64,000 nucleotides of DNA from an uncultured virus (IMG/VR IMGVR_UViG_3300045016_000216) (taxonomy: Duplodnaviria > Heunggongvirae > Uroviricota > Caudoviricetes): IMG/VR virus record IMGVR_UViG_3300045016_000216; one strand, 5' to 3'. Positions 40,072 to 48,399 of the stretch are shown here, piece after piece; positions within the stretch are counted from its first letter, which is position 1; the number at the start of each line of letters is the position of its first letter. The position numbers and the translations under genes were made by a program. The notes below the pieces were generated by a model. The model had not been told where the DNA came from. It worked only from the letters and a program-made list of their open reading frames with translations, and searched no databases.

Positions 40072-40938
40072 ATGTCTTGGCAATTCGGATCATTTGATTG
40101 GTTTTGGGATCAAGCTAATAAGAGAATGGGTGTTAATAGGAATAACCCATCTTATACTTTGGATGTTAATGGTATTATTAATGGTACTAATTTTTATAAA
40201 AGTGGATCTATTTTTGTTCCTAACAATTACATCATAGGTCTTGAATATTCCCACGCTGCTGATAGTGATCATGACATCACATTAGCAACAGGAACTTGTA
40301 CAGATAGTACAAATACTTATGTAATGACCCTATCTTCTTCCTTAACCAAAAAACTTGATGTAAGTCCTTGGGCTGCAGGAACTAATCAAGGGGGATTATT
40401 TAGCGGTTCAATAGCTGCCAACACTATTTATTATTTACATCTGATTAGAGGAACTAGCAGTGGTAATATTGATGTAGGATTCGATACTTCTATAACTGCT
40501 GCTAATATTCCCGCTGGTTATTCCTCTTATAGATTGGTAGCAACATTCATAACGGATGCCAGTTCTAATATTGTTCAAACCATACCTTTAATAAGGGGGA
40601 ATATAATACAACAATGGTTCAAAACTGCATATGTTGTCATAGCTACTGGACTAACTGCTACTACCTATACAAGTCAAACACTTACTTATGTACCTACTGG
40701 GCTTTCCCAACTAGAGGCTTGGTTAACCGGAATAAATATTACCGATAATCCCTCTATAAAGGTTTCTTTAGATGGGGTGAACGATCTTGCCTATTTACCA
40801 GGGGGGTATTCAGAGGAACTTTATTATACTGTAGGAAGATTTCTTCCACTTGGGGGAGTTACATCAATTTATTATCGTAGAGGGGCAGGAACTGGAAGTT
40901 ACACACTTGCTTATAGAGGAATAAGATATTGGAGATAA
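40072..40938 (+). CDS. Tail fibre/receptor-binding protein
   Basis: RMGVNRNNPSYTLDVNG, WAAGTNQGG, PAGYSSYRLV; Ser/Thr/Gly-rich. Confidence 0.65.
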   Translation: MSWQFGSFDWFWDQANKRMGVNRNNPSYTLDVNGIINGTNFYKSGSIFVPNNYIIGLEYSHAADSDHDITLATGTCTDSTNTYVMTLSSSLTKKLDVSPWAAGTNQGGLFSGSIAANTIYYLHLIRGTSSGNIDVGFDTSITAANIPAGYSSYRLVATFITDASSNIVQTIPLIRGNIIQQWFKTAYVVIATGLTATTYTSQTLTYVPTGLSQLEAWLTGINITDNPSIKVSLDGVNDLAYLPGGYSEELYYTVGRFLPLGGVTSIYYRRGAGTGSYTLAYRGIRYWR

Positions 40939-40941
40939 TAC

Positions 40942-41367
40942 ATGCAGGGAGCTTATAGAGCAAGTAATTTAGAATCTTTGTCATCCATCAATAAGACTGT
41001 TTTAGATGTTGATGAAATTGCAGTGGAATTTACTCCTACAATGGGTGTAGATATTGAATTTTATAGAATAGTAGGAGGGGTTGTTCAAGGAAAAACTCAA
41101 TCTGAAGTGGATATTATAATAGCTGCTAGGATTGCCGCAATAAATACTGCTGAAACTTCTTATAGGGATGCTGAAGTTAAAATAAAAAACATCCCAGGTT
41201 GGGCTACTTGGACAGAAAGTGATTTGGACAATTGGGTAACAGCTAATGTTCCCAATGTTACTGACCTTCCTAGTGCTAAAAATGCGATAGATGGTTTAAG
41301 GGTAATGGTGAAAGCTATGGGAAGAGCTATAATTTATTTAAGAGATTATGTAGGAATAACGAGGTGA
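40942..41367 (+). CDS. Putative tail fibre-associated protein
   Basis: Position between fibre genes. Confidence 0.4.
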   Translation: MQGAYRASNLESLSSINKTVLDVDEIAVEFTPTMGVDIEFYRIVGGVVQGKTQSEVDIIIAARIAAINTAETSYRDAEVKIKNIPGWATWTESDLDNWVTANVPNVTDLPSAKNAIDGLRVMVKAMGRAIIYLRDYVGITR

Positions 41368-41371
41368 TAAA

Positions 41372-42340
41372 ATGGCACAAAATTATGATGATACTTTACC
41401 GGAGAGTGGAGTAACTAAGTTTTCAGAGCTTTATGCTATAATAAGGAACCATGCTGAAGTATTAAGAAGTTCTTTCTCAGGCACTTCTTTTCCTACTGAT
41501 CCTGCTCCAATAGCGGGTCAACCTTGTTGGAGAACTGATTTAGGACTCTGGTACGTTTATACTGGAACTGAATGGATAGAAAATCTTATAGCCAATTCGG
41601 GAATAGGACTTGAAATTACTAATGCTAGAGGGACCAAGCCAACATTAGATGAGAGATTAGATGTGTCTATGAATGAAGATGGGACCTTGAAAGCCTCTCC
41701 CTCTTTGAATCCTTCTCAGTGGCACAACCCATCTCTTACCCAAACTTATGTCTCTTCCACCTCTTTTACTGCTGTAGGTTGTCATACTGATATTTACCTA
41801 AGAGATCGAAGATTGAAGTGTGTCATAGCGGCAGGTAATGTTTATTCTGAAGTAGTTTCTTCTTCTTATAGTTCTGGTACAGGACTGACCACAGTGGTTA
41901 TAAAAGATGCTGTACTTACTTCTCCGTTGACTAGGATAGAGCATAGTATCTTTTCCCCACGATATAGTAATTTTGCTGATGGTGCTATGAGTTATAGAAT
42001 GACAGGTATTCAACAACTTGTTGTGGAAGCAAAAACAGACAATTATACAGTAACCTTAAATGATTTTGGCAAAACATTTGTAATGAATACAACCACTTCT
42101 AAAACTTTTAGTCTACCTTCAGTTGCTTCAGGAGAGATAGGCAGTTGGGTAGAATTTGTTAAGATACCTAGTGGAGAAATTCATATTGATGCTGCTGATT
42201 CAGATACCATTGAAGATAGTTCTGCAGGGGGTGAAATTTATTGTAGTGGTGAACTAGGTCCTGCTTCTTTAAAATTGAAATTAGTAACTGCTACATGGTG
42301 GAAGATTGAATCAGGTGTGGGTCCTTGGCAGACCACATAA
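41372..42340 (+). CDS. Tail fibre protein
   Basis: FSGTSFPT..P.AGQPCWRTD, NARGTKPTLDERLD, KTDNYTVTLNDFG. Confidence 0.65.
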   Translation: MAQNYDDTLPESGVTKFSELYAIIRNHAEVLRSSFSGTSFPTDPAPIAGQPCWRTDLGLWYVYTGTEWIENLIANSGIGLEITNARGTKPTLDERLDVSMNEDGTLKASPSLNPSQWHNPSLTQTYVSSTSFTAVGCHTDIYLRDRRLKCVIAAGNVYSEVVSSSYSSGTGLTTVVIKDAVLTSPLTRIEHSIFSPRYSNFADGAMSYRMTGIQQLVVEAKTDNYTVTLNDFGKTFVMNTTTSKTFSLPSVASGEIGSWVEFVKIPSGEIHIDAADSDTIEDSSAGGEIYCSGELGPASLKLKLVTATWWKIESGVGPWQTT

Positions 42341-42350
42341 GGAGGATGAG

Positions 42351-42722
42351 ATGTCAAAATTTGTTTTCGGGTCAATGAGAGGATTAGTTGAGAAGGAAAC
42401 TTTTGCTTATGATGAAGAGTTGAATAATGGTAATAGTGGCTCTGCTAAAACGATAAATTGGAAGTTAGGAAATAGACAGAGGATAACATTAACTGGAGCA
42501 CCTTGTGTTTTTACTTTTACAAATCCACTTTCACCAGCAGTATTGACCTTAAAATTAATACAAGGTTCGGGGGGAAGTAAAACTGTAACTTGGCCTAGTT
42601 CGGTCAAGTGGGTAGGTAGAACTGCTCCAACTTTGACTACTACTGCTGCCTATATTGATATTGTTGGTATGTATTTTGATGGCACAAATTATTATGCTAC
42701 TGCTTCTTTAAATTTTGGATAA
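42351..42722 (+). CDS. Tail fibre-type beta domain protein
   Basis: LKLIQGSGGSKTVTWPSSVKWVGRTAPTLTT..ID, a motif common in phage fibre proteins; GGAGGA RBS. Confidence 0.6.
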   Translation: MSKFVFGSMRGLVEKETFAYDEELNNGNSGSAKTINWKLGNRQRITLTGAPCVFTFTNPLSPAVLTLKLIQGSGGSKTVTWPSSVKWVGRTAPTLTTTAAYIDIVGMYFDGTNYYATASLNFG

Positions 42723-42727
42723 CTAAA

Positions 42728-43207
42728 ATGGCTCTAAAAAGTTGTGTATGTGACTTAGTTTGTTATTCTCAATCCTGTCAATGTAATGCAACTAGTTATG
42801 GTTATTCTGCCTGTAGTTGTAATAGTACCTGTTATGGAGAAAGTTGTTCTTGTAATAGTACCTGTTATGGAGAAAGTTGTTCTTGTTATGCTACTTGTTA
42901 TGATTATGTTGCCTCTAGTTGTGGCTGTTATGCTACTTGTTATGTAGATGTAAAAGAGTCATGTGCTTGCAATCTGATCTGTTATAATGAGGTTCCTTAC
43001 AGTTGTACCTGTTATTCAACTTGTTATGGTCAAGGGTGTACTTGTAATGTTACTTGGTATGGTACAGGTTGTACTTGTAATACTACCTGTTATGGTTATT
43101 CTGCCTGTAGTTGTGATTCTACTTGTTATAATCAAACCTGTACTTGCAATTCTACTTGTTATGGGGAATCTTGGAAAATGGATGCTATACAAATAGGAGA
43201 TATGTAA
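42728..43207 (+). CDS. Cys-rich repeat protein (12x CxCxxxCY), candidate radical SAM substrate
   Basis: 34 Cys in 159 aa; 10 perfect and 2 degenerate repeats; coupled to downstream gene by TAATG. Confidence 0.8.
   Translation: MALKSCVCDLVCYSQSCQCNATSYGYSACSCNSTCYGESCSCNSTCYGESCSCYATCYDYVASSCGCYATCYVDVKESCACNLICYNEVPYSCTCYSTCYGQGCTCNVTWYGTGCTCNTTCYGYSACSCDSTCYNQTCTCNSTCYGESWKMDAIQIGDM
42817..42886 (+). repeat. Perfect 33-bp tandem duplication in Cys-rich gene
   Basis: TTGTAATAGTACCTGTTATGGAGAAAGTTGTTC x2 (+TTGT). Confidence 0.9.
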
Positions 43208-43914
43208 TGCCCATTCTACAATTACTAGATGAGGATTATGTTAGTGAAGGGTCAGCTTTTAGTGATGATGTTAGGGTCGTTGATCTTTATAAACCTAGAC
43301 CTGAGTTTATTCCGGATTGGACCAAAAAATCACAAAGTTATACTCATTCTATTGATTATTCTTCAATTACAGGTGATATTTCAGGGTCGGATAAATATTG
43401 TTTAGGGGGATTAATAAATGTAAATGGTACACCTACTCCTATTATGATAACTTCATTTATAAGAACTCCTAATCATGCTATTCAAGTATGCAAAAGTGGG
43501 TGGCTTGTTGCTTATTTAGTAAATCCTGAATATGTTGGCCATGAATGGGTGACTTGGTTTTCTAAAGTGATGATACATATTTTCAGTTCTATGATAGATG
43601 ATTCTTTTATTTTCTCCTATATAGTATTAGACAATGAAGGATACTATGATAGGGAAACTATGGGGAGATGTGTTGTTGCTTCCTGGGATGGTACAGGGGT
43701 TAAAACCAAAAAACAAAAAATCAAACCTATGAAATATGACATGATAGTTATTAAGGATTATGTTATTGATAATAAATGTGTTCAAGTTATCCAAATAAAG
43801 GATGTTTTTCAGACAGATGCAACAATTCCAAATGATAGGAAAAAGTATCACAAGGATAAAATCAAAAAGCATAAGGATAAAAGGGATGAAAAAATTAGAC
43901 TTTCCAATCAATAG
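43207..43914 (+). CDS. Hypothetical protein (possibly GNAT-like)
   Basis: 235 aa from ATG 43207; AYLVNPEYVGHEW resembles GNAT motif A. Confidence 0.5.
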   Translation: MPILQLLDEDYVSEGSAFSDDVRVVDLYKPRPEFIPDWTKKSQSYTHSIDYSSITGDISGSDKYCLGGLINVNGTPTPIMITSFIRTPNHAIQVCKSGWLVAYLVNPEYVGHEWVTWFSKVMIHIFSSMIDDSFIFSYIVLDNEGYYDRETMGRCVVASWDGTGVKTKKQKIKPMKYDMIVIKDYVIDNKCVQVIQIKDVFQTDATIPNDRKKYHKDKIKKHKDKRDEKIRLSNQ

Positions 43915-46165
43915 GTGTAGTATTGACCTAACTGAAAGATGTAACTTGAAATGTGAATATTGTCATGTTGCTGGCACAAGTGTATTACTTCCTGATTTTA
44001 CAACAATCAAAATAGAAAACCTTGACATTGGAGATGATGTTTTGGGTTTTGAGAAAAGAGAAAAAAATAAATTTTGTAAATTAATAAAAACGAAAGTAAA
44101 AGGAATATCAAAAAGATTATCTCCTATAATAACTATAATAACGGATAAGGGAACTACTAGATGTACACCTGACCATAGATGGTTTAATGGAAGATATTAT
44201 GTTCCTGCTAAAGTAGGGGGGACAATTAGATATTTATTTAATAATGTTCTTACACCTGATAAATCATTAGATTATAAACGGGGTTGGTTAAGTGGTATGT
44301 ATGCAGGAGATGGAACACCTAAGAAATATAATTATGGAAACAGGATACATTATAGATGTAGACTTGTCTTAAAGGATTTAGAAGCTATAGATCAAGCTGT
44401 ACAATTTTCAAAAGAGATCGGATTTACACAACACCCTTTCTGTTTTGAAGGTTTAAATGCTATTAGAAACAACACTAAGGAATTTTTTGATTTTTTGGTT
44501 TCTACTTTGGACACTACTGAATTTAAAAGAGGATGGGTTGCTGGGTTTTTTGATGCTGAAGGTTCTTATAATAATGTCATAAGAATAGCTCAGAGTGAAA
44601 ATTCCAGTCTATCTTTACTTTGTACTTATCTAAAAGAATTGGGATTTTTTTATAAATTGGAACATTATAAAGACTGCAAGGGAGTAAGAATAGAAGGGGG
44701 AGTGCCTGAATATATTAGGTTCTTTGCATTTTTTGATACTTGTTTAAAAAGAAAAACAGAAATGTTAAGTCAAAAATCTTTGTCTAACAGTACCTACATA
44801 AAGGAAATTATTTTAGAACGTGATGAGGATTTTGTTTATAATATCACTACGGGAACTGGAAATTACATAGCTGAAGGAATGGCTTCTAAAAATTGTTTCA
44901 CATATGGAGTAGGCAAGAGAGATTTAACTTTTAATCAAGGTGTAAAGATTATTGATTGGTTGTTTAGAGATGAAGTTTCCCAATCAAATGAAATAGAGAT
45001 AAATTGGTGGGGAGGAGAACCTTTTATTAAATTCAATTTGATGAGGAATCTTACTGAATATGCTGTAAAAAAGGCTCAGAAAGAGAAAAAAAGATTAACA
45101 GTAGGAGGAACATCTAACGGGACTTTATGGAGTAAAGAAGTTGTTGATTGGATGGACAAAACAAGAGCTTATTTTTTGATTTCTATTGATGGCATAAAGG
45201 AAGTTCAAGATAAATATAGACCAACAATAAATGGAGGAAGTAGTTATGATGCAATTTTAAAATATCTTCCCTATACATTACAGAAAATACCATTCATTCG
45301 GTCAAGAATGGCCCCTACTCCTGATACTGTAGATAAACTTTTTGAGAGTATTAAGTTTTATTATGATATGGGAATAACTACTCAAATGTTTTCACCTGTA
45401 TTTGAGTATGATTGGACTGAAGAGGCTTTAAAAAAAGCTAAAGAAAATTTAATGAATTTATCTGACTTCATGATTGAAACTCAAAAAAGGGGCAAACCTT
45501 TAAACATAACTCATTTAGACAATAATGCCAAAAGTTTGTACATGCACAAGGAAGAAAGGCAGTTCCCATGTGGTGCAGGAAGATTTTATGTGGGATTTGG
45601 CGTAGATGGTCTTATTTATCCTTGCCACAGATTCAACAAATACAATTCTAGATTAAGTGATAATTCTATAGGTTCAATAAGTGAAGGTATAACCAAACCT
45701 CATATCAGAAATGGTTTTATAAACTTTTTAGATTGTGTACCCGATAAGTGTAAAGATTGTAGATGGTATGGAAATTTGTGTGATGTATCCTGTTACTCTA
45801 TTAGTTTTGATTTTACCGGAAGCATTTTTACTCCTCCTGATGTTTATTGTAAATGGATGAACGTTTTAGGAGAATCTTCCCAATACTATTATAATCAACT
45901 TATACACAATAAACTACCAATAAAAGGTACGAATATGAATAAGTCTTGCATTTGTAACAACATGTGTTATTTGGAAGGAACTCCTAATGAAATTAAAACT
46001 ATTGATAGGTCAACCGATCATTCTTGTATTTGTTATAACACCATGTATTCTGGAGGGAGAGATGATCAGAGTAGGATATTGAGTTTACAACCTGCTGATA
46101 ATGAAATCCAAAAATTAACCCAATCAGTTAATGAATTGATACAATTACTTAGGGAGAAACTTTAG
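43886..46165 (+). CDS. Radical SAM/SPASM peptide/protein maturase containing an intein
   Basis: LTERCNLKCEY-[intein]-CF, WWGGEP, TSNGTL, ISIDG, CGAG...DGLIYPCHRF, CKDCRWYGNLCDVSC...C. Confidence 0.9.
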   Translation: MKKLDFPINRCSIDLTERCNLKCEYCHVAGTSVLLPDFTTIKIENLDIGDDVLGFEKREKNKFCKLIKTKVKGISKRLSPIITIITDKGTTRCTPDHRWFNGRYYVPAKVGGTIRYLFNNVLTPDKSLDYKRGWLSGMYAGDGTPKKYNYGNRIHYRCRLVLKDLEAIDQAVQFSKEIGFTQHPFCFEGLNAIRNNTKEFFDFLVSTLDTTEFKRGWVAGFFDAEGSYNNVIRIAQSENSSLSLLCTYLKELGFFYKLEHYKDCKGVRIEGGVPEYIRFFAFFDTCLKRKTEMLSQKSLSNSTYIKEIILERDEDFVYNITTGTGNYIAEGMASKNCFTYGVGKRDLTFNQGVKIIDWLFRDEVSQSNEIEINWWGGEPFIKFNLMRNLTEYAVKKAQKEKKRLTVGGTSNGTLWSKEVVDWMDKTRAYFLISIDGIKEVQDKYRPTINGGSSYDAILKYLPYTLQKIPFIRSRMAPTPDTVDKLFESIKFYYDMGITTQMFSPVFEYDWTEEALKKAKENLMNLSDFMIETQKRGKPLNITHLDNNAKSLYMHKEERQFPCGAGRFYVGFGVDGLIYPCHRFNKYNSRLSDNSIGSISEGITKPHIRNGFINFLDCVPDKCKDCRWYGNLCDVSCYSISFDFTGSIFTPPDVYCKWMNVLGESSQYYYNQLIHNKLPIKGTNMNKSCICNNMCYLEGTPNEIKTIDRSTDHSCICYNTMYSGGRDDQSRILSLQPADNEIQKLTQSVNELIQLLREKL
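43961..44893 (+). mobile_element. Intein with LAGLIDADG homing endonuclease (311 aa)
   Basis: N-term CHVAGTSV, block B CTPDHRW, WLSGMYAGDG and WVAGFFDAEG, C-term VYNITTGTGNYIAEGMASKN followed by Cys+1. Confidence 0.92.
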
Positions 46166-46754
46166 ATTCCCCGTTTTTCTGTTCTACAGTTATTACTTTA
46201 TCTGCGGCATTTAGTAGATTTTGTTGATCGGTTACCATTATAATTTGAAGTCTAAGCTCTTCAGATAGTTTCTTTATCATTTCCGAAGCTTTTTCTTGGT
46301 AAGTAGGATTGTGTAGAAACTTTGTAGGTTCATCCCATATCATCACATTCCTAGATTTTTTGATGGACCATAAAGCAACAGGTAAAGCTATGTTTGAAAC
46401 TATGTCACAAACCCCTCCACCTCCTGAATTTACAATATCATCAGTCTCTTTTCCATTTTTGGAAAAGATTAAATCGCACTCAGTTTTGTTTCTTCTCTGG
46501 ACAAAATTTATAGAGAATTTGTAAGGATCTTCCCATACAGAAGCGAGTGCCATTGATACTAAGTTTGAAATATGGTATTCTAGTTTCTTTTGCACTTGTT
46601 CTGCCACGGTCTGTACAATAGCCCTTGCCTTAGTTCCCGTTTTTAGATCCTCTTCATATTTCTCTAAGTTAGCTTTTTCTTTAATGATATGCTCTTTCAG
46701 TAAATCCCTTTGAGCAATTTCCTTTGCCAATCTTTTTTTATATTCCTCTATCAT
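46149..46754 (-). CDS. SbcC/Rad50-like ATPase, C-terminal half
   Basis: Coiled coil, signature-like NSGGGG, Walker B MIWDEP, ADKVITV. Confidence 0.8.
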   Translation of the reverse strand: MIEEYKKRLAKEIAQRDLLKEHIIKEKANLEKYEEDLKTGTKARAIVQTVAEQVQKKLEYHISNLVSMALASVWEDPYKFSINFVQRRNKTECDLIFSKNGKETDDIVNSGGGGVCDIVSNIALPVALWSIKKSRNVMIWDEPTKFLHNPTYQEKASEMIKKLSEELRLQIIMVTDQQNLLNAADKVITVEQKNGESKVSP

Positions 46755-46935
46755 ATTTCCATAATCCCGTTAGAGTTCCTCTACATTTACTGCAAACATT
46801 TATAGATTTCGTTTCATAATGGTTTTCAAAAGGGAAACCTTTAAAAGGTATTCTTAAAATTATCTTTTTTAGGTCTTCAGAGTAAACAAATTGCCAACAA
46901 TAATCACACTTTTTTCTTTCTTTGAAGATCACCAT
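46738..46935 (-). CDS. Small zinc-binding hypothetical protein
   Basis: CDYC...CSKC. Confidence 0.45.
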   Translation of the reverse strand: MVIFKERKKCDYCWQFVYSEDLKKIILRIPFKGFPFENHYETKSINVCSKCRGTLTGLWKYDRGI

Positions 46936-47168
46936 TCATAATTTTCCTTTAATTCTTTAAACCCCTTTTCTATTTCTTCACCTAATGCTATTAATTGGTT
47001 ATCCATTTTGGTCAAATCTTTTCCTGCTTCTTCAACTGAAGAATACCCTAAGTCTTTTAATTGTTTCATTAATTGGATTTTTTGTCCCTCAAATTGTGCA
47101 ATATTACTTTTTGCCTTATCTATTTCCTTAGACAAAGAATCTAGTTCTTTAACAATGTCATAGGCCAT
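46929..47168 (-). CDS. Small coiled-coil protein
   Basis: 79 aa heptad-rich; coupled to upstream gene. Confidence 0.55.
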   Translation of the reverse strand: MAYDIVKELDSLSKEIDKAKSNIAQFEGQKIQLMKQLKDLGYSSVEEAGKDLTKMDNQLIALGEEIEKGFKELKENYEW

Positions 47169-48028
47169 TACAAACTCTCCTCAATATAAGTTTTGATTGA
47201 GTTATCAATTTTGTTATCTTCTATAAATTGGAACAAAGATTCCACAAAATTTAATCCCATCTCTTTTTGCTGTGATAATCCTTTTACGAAAGCTTCTAGT
47301 TCCTCATTTCTTTCCTTCTCTTTTTCCTTCAAATCCATAACTTCCTCAATAGGTTTAACGGGAATGTATTGGTATTCAACTTCTTTTGTATCTGTGTCAT
47401 AAGTAACAATCATAGGCTTGTGGTCTTTTTGATCTATTCTTGATCTCATTAATGACCCACAATTAACCAAGATTTTGTCACCCCATTCTACAATAAAGGA
47501 TTTGTGATTGTCTCCTGAAACTATTAAGTCAAAGTTATTATTAGCTAAAATGTGATTAGCCCAAGTGTGTCCTTCTTGCTCTGCCCATAGTTTTTCATCT
47601 ACTATCATCTTATGGATCAAAAGAATGTTTATTCTGCTATTGGTAGTTATCTTCGGGATTTCTTCTCCCCATGAACATCCATAAATTGAAATATCCATAA
47701 TATTTTTTATTCCTATCACTTCTACTTGTTCTACTTCATTCAAGAGAGCTAATGGGGAGTTTTCTTTTGAAGTGTGGTATCTTAGATCATGTTGTCCAAA
47801 AACTGTATAAATAGGTGTATAGCAAAATGTTTTTAGAAATTGCGTTGTTTCTAAGGTTAAGGAATAAGGAGCCATAGGGGAATCAAAAAAATCACCAGGT
47901 TGGAGGACTGTAAACTCCTGATTTAATATCCATTCTAATTTTTTAAACAGAGATTTCTTGTAATTATCAATCCTATTTTCTGGCCTATTTGCTCTTATGT
48001 GCCAATCTCCAGTACATAATATGATCAT
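47168..48028 (-). CDS. SbcD/Mre11-like metallophosphoesterase nuclease
   Basis: GDWH, PGDFFD, GQHD, SGDNH, NCGSLMR. Confidence 0.87.
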   Translation of the reverse strand: MIILCTGDWHIRANRPENRIDNYKKSLFKKLEWILNQEFTVLQPGDFFDSPMAPYSLTLETTQFLKTFCYTPIYTVFGQHDLRYHTSKENSPLALLNEVEQVEVIGIKNIMDISIYGCSWGEEIPKITTNSRINILLIHKMIVDEKLWAEQEGHTWANHILANNNFDLIVSGDNHKSFIVEWGDKILVNCGSLMRSRIDQKDHKPMIVTYDTDTKEVEYQYIPVKPIEEVMDLKEKEKERNEELEAFVKGLSQQKEMGLNFVESLFQFIEDNKIDNSIKTYIEESL

Positions 48029-48399
48029 GAAAGTATCCTTATCGTTACAGGAATTAATCCTAATTTTACTGCATTTAATCTTTTAGCTGCACCTAAAGAC
48101 AAGTCAATCATTCTACCTTTTATGTAAGGACCTCTATCATTCACTCTCGCTAATATGGTTTCGTTGTTATTTAGATTAGTTATTCTTAACACAGTTCCTA
48201 AAGGTAGCGTTTTGTGGGCTACTGATATATTGTGCATGTTATAAATTTTACCATCAGCCCTTTTTTTTCCATGGAATTTAGTACCATACCAACTAGCAAT
48301 TCCTTTATATTCTATTTTTACTATCTTTTTGGATGAGGTAGAACTTATCGTATTAAGGGGGGTAAGACTAAGTATAATCAGAAATAATATTATTTTCAT
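48025..48399 (-). CDS. rlpA: RlpA-like lytic transglycosylase (DPBB) with signal peptide
   Basis: GIASWYG..FHG, AHKTLPLGT, RVNDRGPY, RMIDLS. Confidence 0.88.
   Translation of the reverse strand: MKIILFLIILSLTPLNTISSTSSKKIVKIEYKGIASWYGTKFHGKKRADGKIYNMHNISVAHKTLPLGTVLRITNLNNNETILARVNDRGPYIKGRMIDLSLGAAKRLNAVKLGLIPVTIRILS

Noticed and set aside
42987..43196. Hydrophobic 69-aa ORF overlapping the Cys-rich gene
   Set aside because: Its Val/Leu/Met pattern is the shifted-frame reading of TGT/TAT-rich repeats.
43802..43885. N-terminal extension (possible RRE) of the radical SAM enzyme
   Set aside because: It lies wholly inside the upstream gene, is only 28 aa, and ATG 43886 has an RBS-like sequence.
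40072..46165. Diversity-generating retroelement acting on tail fibres
   Set aside because: No reverse transcriptase and no TR/VR pair with adenine-specific mismatches seen.
46149..46165. Bidirectional terminator at the convergence of the two arms
   Set aside because: The convergent genes overlap by 17 bp and no hairpin is evident.
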